A DNA stretch of 64,000 nucleotides, from positions 248,001-312,000 of the forward strand of contig CM082592.2 in the NCBI GenBank assembly GCA_040954595.2. The letters are read 5' to 3'. The DNA is from Balanoglossus misakiensis. Its lineage: Eukaryota; Animalia; Hemichordata. Positions 63,444 to 64,000 of the stretch are shown piece by piece. A program made the position numbers and the translations under genes. The notes under the pieces were generated by a model. The model ran no database searches. It worked only from the letters and a program-made list of their open reading frames with translations, and had not been told where the DNA came from. The stretch's first letter is position 1. Every line of letters begins with the position of its first letter.

Positions 63444-64000
63444 AGGGCGCTGTACGTTCGCAACCCACGGATTGTGTTTGTCTTCGCTCCATAGTGCTAC
63501 GTATATTTTGCGACTTTGCAAGTAAGTTTCGCGTTTAAGAATCCACTGTGTGGACTTCGAACTATTTTCTGAGCTGTGAACGAGATTAGACGGTGATTGG
63601 CAGTACAGGAAGCGGAATCTCGTGACATTCCAGTTGTTAGCTGAGTCACCAGTGAAATTAGATTTTTCAACATGGCCGCTGCCCGAGTCGTGGTTGATGA
63701 CGTCAAGCCAATCTTCATGGTGCTGAATGAAATCCATAGAAAGAGCAGAGATGATTACTTGACGGAGGAAGAGGTATACTTAGCTGCAGCGTCAGTTATA
63801 GACGCAAACAACCTAAGATGCATTCAGTTTTCGAGGGGTGTTTGCCGAATCTATTTGAATGGACAACCTGAGAGAGCCAAGCTTCTGTGTACAGGTATTA
63901 CCGTCCGAAACCAGCAGGTGCGGCTTCATGAAACGAACCCCTTTGTGAGACGTCATGAAGGAATTAGGCTCACTGTAAAGGGTTTGCCATACTCAGCGGA
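63444..64000 (+). mobile_element. 5' end (UTR plus ORF1 start) of a Tx1-like LINE, running off the window
   Basis: The satellite stops abruptly after gacagacactag. About 230 bp of unique sequence follows, then ORF1. Confidence 0.75.
63672..64000 (+). CDS. Tx1-type ORF1 protein, N-terminal part (open to the window end; absent from the ORF track)
   Basis: caacATGg context. Translation MAAARVVVDDVKPIFMVLNEIHRKSRDDYLTEEEVYLAAASVIDANNLRCIQFSRGVCRIYLNGQPERAKLLCTGITVRNQQVRLHETNPFVRRHEGIRLTVKGLPYSA has the RRM-like pattern of invertebrate Tx1 ORF1 (Q.xRG.xRIY, LL..GI.VR, NPF, RLTVKGLP). Confidence 0.8.
   Translation, partial: MAAARVVVDDVKPIFMVLNEIHRKSRDDYLTEEEVYLAAASVIDANNLRCIQFSRGVCRIYLNGQPERAKLLCTGITVRNQQVRLHETNPFVRRHEGIRLTVKGLPYSA

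Overview
This is eukaryotic, AT-rich animal DNA, probably from a marine invertebrate (inferred from its transposable elements). I found no complete host gene. Positions 1-15.3 kb are a patchwork of microsatellites, a 91-bp and a ~285-bp tandem repeat, several small DNA-transposon derivatives (Kolobok-like, two nested PIF/Harbinger-like, Transib/RAG-like, two double-hairpin elements), a collapsed L2-type LINE fragment and two spliced-looking minus-strand exons resembling ELAC2 (RNase Z). Positions 15.37-63.44 kb are a ~48-kb composite macrosatellite. Each ~2-kb unit has an ordered run of 81-bp GC-rich monomers, a ~240-bp hairpin-rich core with a poly-G tract, and an AT-rich block of about three degenerate ~335-bp repeats. 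The array also contains 490-bp six-monomer higher-order repeats and a ~6.7-kb block duplication. It is interrupted by a decayed L1/Tx1 LINE plus a DNA-transposon remnant (23.1-27.7 kb), a CR1/L2-group LINE (29.0-32.4 kb) and a full-length but inactivated BEL/Pao LTR retrotransposon (53.6-60.1 kb). A Tx1-like LINE 5' end starts at ~63.44 kb. Most short ORFs in the track are repeat artefacts. All calls were made by eye; no database searches were run.
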